Assembly (NCBI GenBank): GCA_051294375.1
Contig: CM119263.1
Coordinates: 16,098,532-16,162,531, forward strand
Source: Paraspadella gotoi
Taxonomy: Eukaryota; Animalia; Chaetognatha
Direction of reading: 5' to 3'
DNA: 64,000 nt
Each line of letters begins with the position of its first letter. Within the stretch, counting starts at the first letter, position 1. Made by a program: the position numbers and the translations under genes. Below, piece by piece: positions 47,549 through 62,000 of this stretch. The notes under the pieces are model-generated. The model did not search any database and was not told the DNA's origin. It was given only the letters and a program-made list of their open reading frames with translations.

Positions 47549-50500
47549 TTAGTCGTCTTCGTCGAGCAAAGTTTCCTCGGGCAACGTGTCGTCGATTAGC
47601 GGCATCCCCGTCTCCTCATTCTCCGATGAAGTCACTATGCGGGGAGGCTCTTGGGCGCGTTCCTGGGTGTGTGTGAGAGAGACAGTGTGTGTGTGACACT
47701 GTGACAGTGATTTAGAGATGAATAGATTTCAGTGTTTGAAATAGTTTGTAAAATTTTTTGCCTTAAAATGAACAACATCCATTCTCACTTCTTCCGTCTT
47801 TTGACTGTCTTCCAACAGCTTGAGAGATTCGTAGTGACTGAGGGCGTCTCGAAGCGGCTGTACCAACGCCCCGTCGATCTGAGGGAAGAGGCCGGCGACG
47901 GCCTCGAAGAGCGGAAGCAGAACGAACTTGATGAAGCCGATTTGAGCTTTGGGCTTCGTCACTTGATCCCTGACGGGGGCGTGGGTTTTGGGTAAGGGGC
48001 AGGTGATGATTGGACGCTCAAAGTCCAGATGGAAAACGAAAAAATGGGAAGAAAAAGAGAAAAGGGCTGAAGGGAGAAAATAAGTTCAAGAAGCGACGGT
48101 CGAAAGAGAGGTCAGAAGTGAGGAGACAAGACCATATTGTCACATGGTCATTGGTCAGAGGCAATAAAGGATTTACGACATCCTCGACTGAATGATAATG
48201 AGGAAGACTTCCTCACCGATCCATAAAGGGGGCGAAAGGAAGTCCTTCCGCCTTTTCTTTGTCACTCTGCATAAAATATTCCTCCAGAAGGCAATCCACC
48301 CACGGTTCGGAGATGTTCATGGGTCGAACTTCGTTGGAAATGTCGCAACATTTGATCAGGACCATCTTTAGCTGAATAATGCATAAGCATAAATGTTAAA
48401 CAATGAGAAACGGGCAATTTCAACCTTGTTCCAAAACGAAGTTGTACGGATACGTATTCCAACTTTAGATACATAATGCTTACGCAGTTGATATGCTCAT
48501 CGTTTTTCGCGTCAAATTTTTTCATATTTTCCTTGAACGTCTCCATAATTTCGCTGTGTTTTGCCATGTCGGTCGCTAGTATCAACATTATCATATTCTA
48601 AAGAAAAAAAGAATCAGCTCTTACTTTGCTAGTTACTATGAAGTAATTGGAAGTTTGAAAATCTTATAAGATTATTTGGAAATTTTAGCCTATTATTAAG
48701 CTATCATGTGGACGCAACAAGTTGTCCACAATCATTTCATTTTCACCCTGAAGAAATTTCGACCTGGCGAATGATTTTGAGAGTGTCGTCGTCGACGTTG
48801 CAGAAGATGTTCGTCTCGGGATTTTCTAGAATGTTGAACGCCATGGCGCAGTGGTGATTCTCTAGGGGTGAGATGTCGTTGTAGCGGTTGGCCAGTTCCG
48901 TTCGCGCGTTGATCTGGTACCTGTCGAGCGTCGGGGTAATCTTTAATACCTACAGTGTAGGCTACACTTCTTTTTTCGCCAAGAAGGTTTAAGCGAATAT
49001 TTTTGTAGCGTAATTACGTGTTGTTGTATCCCGGATGATCCAAGTCGTGGCAAATGGCCGTGGTTATCAAAATCCCGAGATCTCTGCGGCTAAATATTTT
49101 CGATAAATCGCAGAGATGAATGATTCCTGTTGATTACGGAATTTAAAGGCNNNNNNNNNNAGTATTTTTAGTCATTGCGACAAACATTAGTTTTAATTGA
49201 AAAATCGCTCTCACCATACATCATTTGTGTCACGCAAAAACAGTGTCGAAAATTGTGAAATGGATTGTTTCTGTAGTTCTGTTGAACCGCCCACTGCAAT
49301 GCAATAAAAAAGACCCTTGGCTTGTCTGGTAGGTAATTATATTGGAAAATTTCGACTCAAAATCCTTACTAGCCAGGATCTAAGAATTGCTGGATTGATG
49401 TTGAATTCTTGAATAAGATTTAGCTCATAAAACATATGCTCCAGTAAGTGCACCATCTGTAAAAAAAAGGTTAGACGTACACATTTTAGAATTTGGACAA
49501 CCTTTAAAAAATTAAAAGACCTACCTCACTCGAACCCCATTGCCAAATGTCGAAGTTGGGCTGCTTCAAAAGCTCAATCGTTTCAGCCGTTAACTGATAC
49601 TGAAGAGAAGGTAGGAAATACTTGGTTAGCCTCTCTCTTTATTTCTAATAAAGATAAATTTTAATGAATAAAAATTTATTTTAAATTACCTTTGGAAAAT
49701 ATTGCAAACCATTTTTGTGTCTTTCGATGAGTTTTTTGCTGTCGGATACTCTGGTCGTATGAAAGACAGTCCCGTTCACCGGTCTGTCCGACATGATGGA
49801 ATTTAAAGCGAGTTCAATCATTTAAGTCGTTGGATCGAATTTATTTTAAGAATTGCTTCGGGGACAAAAAAAAACTATTTTTGTTTTGATTTTTTGGGGG
49901 GAGAATCAAATTGCGCAATTTTGTAAGCTTGGATTAAAAAGCAGAAAAGTGCCAGAGTTGTTCCAACGTCGCGGGCTCGGCCGAAATAAGGTTCAAGTGG
50001 TAAAAACCAAATAAAAAGTTTTATTTATTAAAATTTAATTTGTTATCTTTTGAATCTATTTTTTATCTATTATTTCATATAAAAGAAAGAAAATAGTAGT
50101 TTTTTTTATCAAAATTACCACAGGTTTTTTTTAATATTATTCATAATACACCAAACTAATGATATCTAATTGAGTCGCCGCGAGCGGCTACCAAGAATTT
50201 TATCAAGACAAAATTTTTTGAGTGTGTCAGGTTCAATGACTAGAGTTTCCGCGTCAGCTGATCTCCTTGCCCTTTGAGTTGTGATTAAACAGTTTCTGTC
50301 TCAATCATCAACCTCATGAATTATCATCATCAATAACAGAAAAAAAAAACCTCTTTCATGAAGCGATAAATTAAATGTGTTTTTTACTACAACACCTTAA
50401 GCTGGTATAGTCCACATCTGGCTTTCTCAAGTCCTCCAACTGATTTTTCATTCGATTGATTTGAAGTTGCATGTTGTCGAGTTGATTAAGTCGCAATCCC

Positions 50501-51359
50501 TCGCCTGTAACGAAAACAAAACAAAGAGTTTTACTTTTAAAACATTCTAATGGATCTAAGGCGTTAGTTATATTTGATTCTTACGTTCAAATCTTCTTTC
50601 AAGTGTGACGATTCGTGAACGAAACTCTTCTTTCATCTCTTCCACTTTTAAGGCTCTAATGAAGAATATATATATACGTATGTGATTAAAATGTATTTCC
50701 TAAACTACGGATCAATTCTAAAATTATTTTGGACCTACTTATTGAACTGCTCCGTGACGTGCATGAGGACGGCACGAAAAACTTCATTGTCGTCTAAAGA
50801 AAATAGGAAAACTTGATAAACCTTCTTTTCACCCTTTCCAACCCCTCAGTGTGACCTTACCATTGCTCATTTGCCCGTTCGCTTTGGCGTTAACTTTCAA
50901 CTTGTAGGGTGTCCTTCAAATAAAAGAGAGCTCATTTTTCAAAATTGTGACTTCCGGTCGTGGAATCGTTCCAAAGAGAATAACTTTACCTTGGCGTATT
51001 GTTTGGCATGGATGGCGCGATGGAGACGAGAGCTCCCTCTTGGTCCTTCAACGAAATGTTTGACCAGCGGAGGACGCCAGCCGCTTGAGCTAACAACTCC
51101 TGTATGTCGCGCGTGCAACAGTGGCGGCTGAAGAGAACCTGGAGCGATTTCATTAAAAATTACATAGCTTATTTATTAAATGAATGGATAATTTTTATAT
51201 TGGTTGTACCAATTTCATAGTGGTGAATACTTATAGGAGTGGAGAAAAAAAAATCGCTTTTTATGCAATAGCAACGCGAGTATCGTTTACTTTTTGAGTT
51301 CTTCCTTCGGATTCGACGTAGATTTCTTTGGAGCCATTTAACGAACTCCCAATTCCCAT
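47549..51359 (-). CDS. PDE9A: cGMP-specific phosphodiesterase 9, multi-exon
   Basis: The N-terminus [23 protein letters not shown]|VLFSRHC matches the PDE9A N-terminus. Catalytic motifs [56 protein letters not shown] and [19 protein letters not shown] are present. Confidence 0.95.
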
Positions 51360-51729
51360 CCTATAAAGAAGATATAATTATATTAAAATAAAGCCAATTC
51401 CTTTTAAAAATCTAAAATCTACTATACCTTTTAAAATCTAAGTAAACACTAAACTGATAAGTTGTAATTGTCCGCCCAGAGTTGTCGCCATTTTCCAGAA
51501 AGGAGAATAGAGGTAGCGCGTTTTGTCAGCCCGCCTTTCCATAGCCTAAATGAAGAATGCGCTTCGGGCTTCTCAAATACATTATATGAACGATCTCACC
51601 CGAAACCTTTATAAATTTTTGTTTAATCTTGGAAATTCTTTGTGAAAGACACATAAAAAAGGAGTGAATGGGAGAGAAATAAAGAAAGTAAAAGATAGTA
51701 AGAGAGAGAGAGAGAGAGAGCAAGAGAGA

Positions 51730-51786
<57 letters not shown>

Positions 51787-53350
51787 TTTAATTTAATTTC
51801 AGGTTTAGTAGATTACCTCCCCCCCCCAGAAAAGAAAAGCGGAAAACTCACCTGGGACGGCGACGACGGCGCGCGAAAGATTCTAGTTTCTCCGGGGAAT
51901 AGACGAGTCCTTGGCCACGTCACCAGTCGGCGACCGTCGCTGCGTCGTCTGCCGCGTCGCTCGCGCGCGAAACAATGAGCGAGAGAGCACGCGCGAAATC
52001 GGCGGGGGTTGCGAATGAAAGTGGGGGGGAAAGGAGGAGGAAATTTAGGGTGGAAAGAAGGATAAAAAGGGAGGAAGGAGTGAAGAGAGAGTGAAGGGAA
52101 GGGAAAAATAATGTAATGAGAAAAAGAAACGAAAAGGAAGAAAGACAGAAAAGCGAAATCGGGAAAGATACGACTGGAAAGAGAGGTTGGCAAGAGAGAA
52201 AAAAAGTACGTATGAAAAAAGGGAGGAGAGAAAAAAAAAAAAGGGGTGAGAGCTTTCTGACGTCAGAACTCGCATCGATTAATTCGAGGAGCTTAACTAT
52301 GAATGATTTACGGTATTGTTGCCAAGCCGAGGTTATTTCCATGAAATATTTCAGCTTTCCTCGGCCACAAAGCTCCGCTCATATGCCTCATTTTCTTTGT
52401 TTCTTCTCGTAAATAATTCGAAAGATTCTGTTTCCAAAGAACGTTTTACTTCTTATTTCGGATGTTGTGGCCAACCTCCCAGGATCTTGTTATGACTAAA
52501 TGAGAACCGGAACTAAAATCGTTTCACCTCATCCCATCCGCAGCGTCGAACCTACCCAGTATCGAAGATGCAAATGCGTCTCCTCCTTATCTTCAGACTT
52601 CACCTGCCTCACTTCCCGAAATCTTAGAAAAGCTCTTCAACAAACAATGACGTCAAAATAAAAAAAATCGATACTTTTTCGTTTATGTTTTTTTTTCTTT
52701 TTGTTTTTTGCATAGATGTTTTTTTTTCAAAGTAACTCAGGGATGAAAGGATGACAGAGATAAAGGCAGGATAATTTGAATACCTGGAGGAAAGAGGAGT
52801 AAAGGAAAGGAAAAGAAAAAAAGGAAAGGAAAGGAAAGGAAAGGAAAGGAAAGGAAAGGAAAAAGTGAAAAATCAATGAAGATAAAGAGAAAAGAAAAAC
52901 TACTGTACTGAAAAGGAACGAAAAGTCGAGAGCGAAAAATCAATGGCCAACGAGTAAAAAAGAGAAACAAAAAAGCATCGATCGGTTTTTGAAAGGTTGT
53001 CATTTGACGAGCAGTTAATGAGAAAAGCACTGATTTGAATGTCCGTCAGCACCTTTTATAAATATTCATAATTTTGAATTTTCTTTCTTGTAACATTAAC
53101 CAGTATAACTCTACTTTTATATTAAGATTTATTTCTAATCTGCTGTGAATTTTTCAGGAAATATCTTAATTTAAAACATGATTATTCAGTTCCCTATTGC
53201 GTTCCAGCTAAAAGTATGTGAAAAAAATTGCTCAAAGAATTACACGTTACAAGGTATTATTATCCCGAACGACATTTCAATCGAGATTACAGGAATAAAA
53301 GAAAACTTTAAAGGACAACTAGGAGCAAAGACCCAATACCAGCCCCAGCC

Positions 53351-56300
53351 ATGACGGTGACTTACCAAGCGGACGTGGCCACGGCAAAGTTCCTCACCTT
53401 CTCCAAATTGATGCGACGATGGCACGGTTCCATCTACAAGTTGTTGTGGGCGGAATTCCTCTTCTTCTCTGTCCTACTCGTCGTCGTCACCTGCCTCAAC
53501 TACCTCGTCTTCGCCAAGACGCTCGTCCCCTACAGCGAACTGTTCTTTCAAGTTGGTTAATCCGCGAGGCCGTTTGGAAAAAAATTAATTTGGCAGTCGG
53601 AGAAAATAATTGGGCCGTTCGAAGACATTAAATTTAGATATATAACATGTATATAATCAGAAATTGTAAACTCACTTATCGAATGAGTCTTAGTTTAGTT
53701 TAGTTTAAAAATCGAAATCAATAAGAGAAGAAAAATTAAAGTTTTGTAATCACAAATTAACTACTAAATTTATCAAATATTTGACTAATTCACGAAGAAA
53801 AATAATTTAAAAAATGGCATCTTATGCGCACAAATTCATGTCTCAAGGTCTGCATATACTGCAATCAAACGATAAAAGAGCTACCGCTGACACTTATTCT
53901 CGGTTTCTACGTTTCCCTGGTGGTGAAAAGATGGTGGGATCTTTTGTTTGTCGTTCCCTGGCCCGACCAGATCGCCCTCTTCGTCACTTCTTACATCGGA
54001 GGCTTCGATGATGCGGGGAGGATTATGAGAAGAACGATAATGCGGTCAGGAGAGAGAAAGAAATAATCATGACAATTGAGACATAGAGATTTTGAAGAAT
54101 GAAGCAAAAACAGGAGAATAATAGTCTCTAAATATAATGATTAGAAAACAACAGAATGGCTAACAAACAAAAAAGTAATCAAATTAAGGTTAATAGCTAA
54201 TCTCAGTTGGGTTAGTTACATTTACGTACTTTTGTCAAATCGAGGACGGAGAAATTGTTGCGATTGTTGTGGACGCCGCTGCCGATTTTTTTTTTGTTCG
54301 ATTAAATTCTTTTTTTTTCTTTTTTTCCTTCTAACCCAACGCAATAAGCTACGTGAACCTTTCGGTGATTTTCCTCTTCCGCGACATCTCGGTTCCGGTG
54401 AAGAAGCGATTCCCGACTCTGGATCACGTGGTTTCGGCGGGGATGTTGACGATTCACGAGAAACAGATCATCGACGAGACGGCGTCGCGAGATCGCATCT
54501 ACTGGATCCCCATCGTGTGGGCCATGAATCTCGTGCATCGCGCCCGCGTGGAGAAGCGCATCGTCGACGACCACGGGATCTTCGCCGAGGACTTGCTCAC
54601 CGTAATCGATATATCAACCAATGAGTCAATCGAATCGAATCGATCAAATTAAATACCTAGTATCGAACGTTGAACGTTGTAGAGAAAATGGCTTTGAAAA
54701 CAAGACTGAGAACTTTATGGTATGTATGGTATGTATGTTAGTATTGTGAATCGAAATCTTCCACTTCCTACGAATCTTTTTTCTTAGATCTATTTATAAA
54801 TTTCAAATTAAACTATTTCTATGTAAGTCATCAGCTCAATTTGTATTCCCACGTCCTCCTTAACTTTGTCATAGTTAAATTTCCTTCCGTCTTTTTTTTT
54901 TCCTTTCAGTCCCTCAACATCTTTCGAGAGAAACTCCGAATCATTCAAACCTACGATTGGATAAACGTTCCTCTCGTTTATCCCCAAATCATCACCTTCG
55001 CCGTTTACGTTTACTTCTTCACGCTCCTATTCGCCTATCAGTATATCCCGAAGAAACCGTTTGAGATGTACCAACTCGATCGCGAAACTTACCTCATGGA
55101 GGAATTTTACTTTCCCGCCTACACGATCACCCTCTTCATCTTCTACATGGGATGGGCTAAAGTCGCGGAAGGTTTCGGCGATGATGCGATATTTTATGAA
55201 ATTGGTACAACCAATATATAAATTATCCATTCGTTTAATAAATAAGCTATCTTGCCCCTCACTTTGGACAGGCTTTGGTGGTTTAAGGCCTCCATCACTC
55301 TTCCGAGATAATGACAAAGCACGTCCCTGCAAGCTTTCAATCAAGACTCACAGTCGAGTTTATTCACTCCCAGAGTACCTGGCTTCCCTATCAAAGAATG
55401 TTTCAATTGTATGAAAAGACCACTCCCTTAAGTAATAGATCGTAGTTCATGACAATATTTTTTTTTATAAACAATGGGCGTGGCACTACTATTAAATTTC
55501 TTTTTCTCAGGATTGATGAATCCTTTCGGTGAGAACGACGACGATCTCGATTGCAACTGGTACATCGAACGAAACATCAGCATTTCTTACGCAATTGTCG
55601 ATGACCTTCACAACCAGTACCCAGAGCTGATCAGGGACGCCTTTTGGGACCGAGTGCCCGAGTTACCTCATACCCTTGCTTCATACGGCCAGAAGAGCGT
55701 GATATTTCAGGTTTAAAATCAATGTAAATTTCGAAGAAAAAGAAAAAAAATTAAGATTTCTTTCGTACTTAGGAGAGATTGCGAGAGTCTGAAACTTCTT
55801 TCTACATACATAGACAATTAGACAATTAGAAATATAGACTTTTGTTATTTAGTCATGATTATCTTGTTTCGCTCATATCTCGTAATATCTCCGTGCTTTA
55901 CGCTAAAACTTAAAATCGAGGGGCACATGTAAAATATCAAACATCAAGCCCTCTCGAGAACACCCTCTCCGCCCCGCTGAAGGCTCTTCATATGTCCCAA
56001 CATTGAAGGGTTCGACGGCGAACGTCATCGTCAAAGATGAGGACGCGTTTTTGATCAAAGAGACGATTCCTGAAGAACCGGAAGAGGAGGAAAGACAAGA
56101 GCAGCTGGCTGAGGCTGCGGAGAAGGAGCAACGCCAGGAACGGCGTCAGGAGCGGCAGCGGCTCGTTTCCTTCAGCGTCGCCGATTCCGCAGAGCAACTT
56201 CCCGCCGTGGGTGCTTCGAGGACGGGCTCTAAGACCGGGGCTCAGCTGCCCAAGCGGACGAGAACTTCCAAGATGGAAAGCGTGGGTACGGGCAGCGTCA

Positions 56301-59075
56301 TCGCTCCCAGGCCGTGGACGGGATCGTCTCGTTACGCGCTAGCCGAATCGTCACAGACGGCTCATCCGCACGTGGCGCGGGCCGGTCGGTACTCCAAAAC
56401 CCAGCAGCAGCAGCCGCAGCAACAGCCTGTACAACAGCCGACGGGTCCTAAGGTCAGTAAAATTGGTTGCACCAGTTTCATTAAAACAATCATTTTTATG
56501 AAAATTAAATCCCCGGTTTTTTTTATCTAGTAAATTCATTAATTCAAACGTTTAATAAAAGTGTTTTTTAATAATTGTTACTTGATTTTTTATTTATTTA
56601 AATATTCTCACACGTAGACATCAGCCACGATTCTGAAGGAAACGCGAGAGGAAGGATCGGCCGCGTCGTTGGATCAAGAATCCATGGAAGCGCTCGACCG
56701 CTACGCCAAAATCGCCAAGCTCCAAAAATCAACGCAGCCCGTTTTCGAGACTCCCGCCTTCAAAAAGGCCGATAAACCCCATTACATCCCCGTTATCATC
56801 AAGGGCAAGAACGAAAAGTTGCGGCTGGGATGCTTCAAACGTAACTGGAACAACTTCGTCACCTGCTGCGGTCGTAGCGAGTGCTGCTGCGAAAAGTGTC
56901 GCTTTAAGCAGCCTCTGCTACGGATAGAGAGAAGACCGGGTTCGTCCGACAAGTCGAACAAGACCAGCGGGATCTCCATGGACAGAAGCCTGAGCTCGGA
57001 CTCACAAAGCAGCAAGGATACCGGAGATCGCGCCTTGCAGCGCCCCAACAGTTTATCGGGATCGATAGCTTCTACACGACCCGCGGCGCCCGCGACCGCG
57101 CGGCGCCACAAGAGAGCCTCTGTGGTGAACAGTGACACTCAAGACAGCATCATCTCGAAAACGGCACCCCCTGGAAAGAGGACGACCGCCTCCATTTCTA
57201 AGATAAAAAAGTAACGATGGACCGACTGAAGCACGAGTTGTTTACTCATGAAGTTAACCGACCCAAATTAGATTTTCTACTTAGTTATCTAAACTTAAAT
57301 ATAAAATAATTTTTGGAAGTGTTCTTCGAGTATGGTCCATTCCGTTGATATAACAATATTTACATTAACCTCAAAACGCTTCGATATTGTTTCGACAATG
57401 GAAAAGCGAGAAGCAAATTGTTTCGGCTTCAAACCATGTGGTATTCTTTTGTTTTATCAGAAACTCCGTCGCGTCCTTGGGCGAGACTCAGCAGCACGAC
57501 GTTGGCCAAACGCCCCACATTAGATACCCGAACCATGTCCGCGTGCCCGACGGTCCGAGACGCAGCTCCGCCGATAAAGCGGAATTTTCCAAACCGAAAA
57601 AGCCCGGCTCCAACTTCATACTCCCAGCATCGAAAGAAGCCACGGCGAGCGAGGAGAACGCTACATTCTTTATTATCGAACAAGAGAGCATCGAAGAGGA
57701 AGAAGGTTTGTTCTTGCCAGTTGCCAGTTGCCAGTTGCCAGTTGCCAGTTGCCAGTTGCCAGTGGCGTGTAGAGGACTGTCGGCCCCAAACCCCCTATAA
57801 GCCAAGCCCATCTTACTTCTTTACAATTAACTTTACTACTTTTATTTTTACATTTCGTTAAATTATGTATGTTTTTTAAAGATTTTCTATAGATACCAAA
57901 AAAATGTCTTTTTTTTTTTAAATCGATAACCGTCTTGAAGCAATTAGTGTGTTTTTCACTTCTACAGAAGAGGAACTCGAACAAGGAAAGAGCAATCCGG
58001 AATTGGAGTCGAAATCCCAAGAGATCGTCGGCGTTGGCGCGGAAGCGGTCACCCCGACCAAATCCAATAGTGTGACAGAAATGCCCGCCGAAGTTGACGA
58101 GGCAGAATCTAAAGAATCTGTAGAGGGCGTCAAGATCTTATACACCAAATCCATACAGTCGACCCCGTCACTCGAGGAAGAGATGGAGGTCACTCCGTTG
58201 CAGCTCATGACCTACGCCAGGGGATACGAAGAGTACAAGGTGAAGTAGAACTCGTTGGATCTTATGTTAAAATAGGTATGTAGGAGGCCAAGAGAAAGAA
58301 GGGGAAAGGAATATATATATATATGAAATTGGTATATTATATAATTATATATATATAACTATATAGTATATAATTATATAAAATATAAAGTTCCTTGTCT
58401 TTTTTTCAATTTTTTTTCTCCAAAACGCCGTAAAAACATTAATATTAAACCATACTATTAAACCAAATAATATTAAACCATGCTATTAAACCACCAGAGC
58501 CTGTCCAAAGTCAGGGGCAAGAAAGCTTATTTATTAAATGAATGGATAATTTTTATATTGGTTGTACCAATTTCTTTGAAATTATCGATTTCGCAATCTT
58601 TCGATCTCCTTTGCCTACTTAAGGCCCCCTCAGAAGATCTCCACACGATCAGCGAAGATTCCGAGTCGAGCCTATCCCTCTCGCTCGGAGGCCGACCTGC
58701 CAACGTCCCCCCGGAAAAGACGAAACCCTCGCCTCTGGGCCGAGTCTACGAATCTGACGAGGCGAACGTCGAGGCGAAGGTTTCTGACGAATCTCACAAG
58801 AAATTGGCAACGGCGACAGATGGAGCTGCTGCCGCGTCCGAGGGGGCAACGGCCGGCGCTGCTGGGGCTCCAGGAGCGGATTCCTCAGGGACCGTTGCGG
58901 CGGCGGGAGCGGAGGAAGATAAAGGGTCTTCAAATTTTGTTACGCTGATAGTATATTTACATAATGCTAACTATTATTACCCCAAATCTCTCAATACAGC
59001 CAAAAGGACGCCGATGGTCAGCCAGCGAAAAAGAAACCAAAGACAACCGAAGAAAACAAAGGGAGGGATTCCTGA
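53351..59075 (+). CDS. Bestrophin anion channel with a long low-complexity C-terminal tail, multi-exon
   Basis: MTVTY...WHGSIYKLLW, LGFYVSLVVKRWW...PWPD, KKRFPT, YDWINVPLVYPQ, FYMGWAKVAE, LMNPFGENDDD. The tail exons after 56.0 kb and the stop at 59073-59075 are less certain. Confidence 0.93.
57713..57762 (+). repeat. (TTGCCAG)7 heptanucleotide microsatellite in a bestrophin intron
   Basis: Perfect tandem units just after the GT donor. Confidence 0.9.
58487..58574 (+). repeat. Dispersed ~90-bp repeat (longest copy)
   Basis: ...TGTCCAAAGTCAGGGGCAAGA(A/T)AGCTTATTTATTAAATGAATGGATAATTTTTATATTGGTTGTACCAATTTC. Other copies at 20142-20212 (diverged), 43871-44200 (interrupted), 51165-51219, 55196-55285 (inverted) and 60095-60157. 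Confidence 0.85.
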
Positions 59076-62000
59076 AGAATTGGTATCTCAAACGGCGACT
59101 GTAAATATTAGAGTGGGTCATTTATTTAATAATTATGGTTGTTACTGTTGATTTGGCTTATTTTTTTTACGTTACCTGTTTATTTTAGAATTAATTTAAT
59201 TTTAAAATGTTTTAAAGGTAAATTTTAAAGGTAAATATTAGGGTTAATACTTAATAGTTGATTAGAATAAGTGTCAGTTAAGGATAGTTTTAAAAATTTA
59301 AATTAATCATGGATGGGTTAAAGTTAATTATGATTTAAGATTTAATTTTAAGATTTGGGGTTGCTTTGAAATATGAATACATTTATTTATTAATTTTTAA
59401 AAAACGCGACATTATTATTATTGATTCATTATTCGTATTATTTAAATTTGTTATACATTTTTATTAAATATACGTAATATGATACTAACAAAATAATTTT
59501 ATTTAAAAATTCGATTTATCTTGACCCATCTTTTTTATTCGCTTATAATAAACATTTTTTAAAAAAATTGTAATCCTTTAATAAAAAAATTAGATATTAA
59601 TAAAATTTATTAAACTTTCTGTTGGGGACTCATACTGCAAAGTTAATAGCTGCAGTCGCTTTGAGATACCTGACTCCAGGATTCCCCAAAGGAAAAAACA
59701 ATTCGAAGCTAAGACCCTTCTTTTCCTCTTCGCCCCAACAAGATAAAGATCCGACGTCGACCTCACTATCCAGCTTGTTGGATCCTGACGACAAATAATA
59801 AATGATTTAAATCCCATCTTTTTATAACTGTTTGTGTAAACTGATTTAAATACATATTACTATTAGAAAACAAATTATTATTAATTATTAATATTATTAT
59901 TATTTCAAATTATTATTAATTTTACTCATGGCATTAAATCATGTGCGCATTGCTCATCGTTAAGGCGCAAATGGACTGTTCTTTTGTCTAAGTTTCGACT
60001 TCGCCCTTCTTTTGCTAAACGGCCCCTTTCGAATATGTCATTTAACTACGTACATTAATCAGAACAACAATGCTTTCTCCCGGTTAATGAAAAAGGGACA
60101 AGATAGCTTATTTATTAAATGGATGGATAATTTTTATATTGGTTGTACCAATTTCATATAAAATCTAATTGAAGAAGGATAAGATTAAGAAGTGTATTGT
60201 CAATAGTATCGAGGATGACAATCGACGAATTCTTTAATTTGCTCCGGGAAAACAGTTTTGGGTTTGGTAATTACACCAAGCTATTTACTCAAAGATGACG
60301 GGTATTGAATATTCTGATTACTTTAATACATGCTAAATTCTTTAAAGAAATCTTACTTTAAGAACTATTGCTTCAAGTATAAAATTAACTAAAGCACAAC
60401 CTAATCGAAAATAATTCAAACCATTTAAATAGCATTAATCTCATGTTATATTTTAGCATCAAATTATTATAAGAATTTCATTATATTTACAAAGACAGCC
60501 CAGGGGTTTATTTTAAAAATTCAAAATGAGGAATGCTTCGTCCATCTAAACTCCATGGAGGTTTGGAGGGTGTCTTGTAAATCAAAAGATTTGAGTAAAA
60601 CGTCAACAAAAGAACGCAGTAATATTTTTTTTTATTTGACTTGTCGTAAGGTTTAGAATTTATCTAAATTAAAAATCGCCCATTATCTAAAAAAGAAAAT
60701 TTCTGATTTTGCCAAAGCGATCAAGAAAAATAAGATCCCCCTTTAAAAATAATTTCAAGCGCAAAAATATTTTATTGTTTTTAATTCGCCGCATATTTAA
60801 ACAAAAAGACAAGCAAGAGATAGACTTGGCACAAAATTTCTAATCTGTTATGGCGAAGCTTGTAGCCTTGATAGGACAAACCTCCGGTCAATTCACGATA
60901 ACTACTGAAATCGTTGAACACAAAAGTAGAGCAAAACACGCCAATACTATTATACCCCTTTTCGTTTTTTTTTTATTAAGCCTGTTACTATCCTAAGTTT
61001 CAGTTTTTAAAAGACAATTAGTATTATTTGTTTAATCAAATCAAGTAGATTTCTTTCAGTAAAACCAAACAAACCAAACTATTTTTTTTTTTAAATTTTA
61101 CTCTTTTTTTAGCAGAGCAACTTTTAGATAAATTCAAATGAGATTGAGTTCTTCAATCTCATTTGCATACTCAGGTTCGTCCAAGATGTAAAGAAAGAAA
61201 ATCTTTTCTTATCTAACTTTTTAGAAATAAATAGGAGTATAAAAATTTTATTTGTTAGAAGCACTAAAATTTATACGCCAGATTTATGTTTTGAAGTTTT
61301 AGAGGATCTCATTTAACAAACCTCCACGTTGTACATTTCAGTTAATGTCATTCGAAATATGAGTAATTTTTTTTCCAGCTCTCCCCATCTCACTATGGCG
61401 AATCTCGAAATAAAAACCGATAAATATATAATTTAAAAGGATGGACAATTATAATTTAACAATTGCATCATAAAAAAAGAGCCAAAACAAAAACAACAAC
61501 AGAACAACAGCTTTCGGAACCGTGACGGGAGGAAAAGCACGCAAACTGCGCTTGCGCATTGCGCATGGTTGGCAATCGAGTTTCGTTTTCAAATCTAATT
61601 TTGATTTAAACAGTGTTTACCACTTGTATCAAAATTTTAAACCAAAGAGAGACGGAATGTACAGTACGTGTGCAAAAATCCGACGACGTCAGGGTTACGG
61701 AGAAAAAAGAGTTAGCTACTGTAAGATAACAAATGGAGTAGTATCACGGTAATCTGTTTTTAGTTTTTTTTTTTGTTTTTTTTTTGTTGTTGTTGTTTTA
61801 AATTTTAGATAATACTAACTACGAAGTTAATCACCCGCGTTCTTATTTACTGCGAGCGTTGTATAATGTATAACGAAATCCCCTTTGAGTTAAGTAAGAA
61901 ACGTGATCTATACACATTAAGATATAGAGATATTTATACGAACCACTGGAAACAGAGCATGTAACAATATTATTCATTTTATGACTAGAAACGTTAGACT

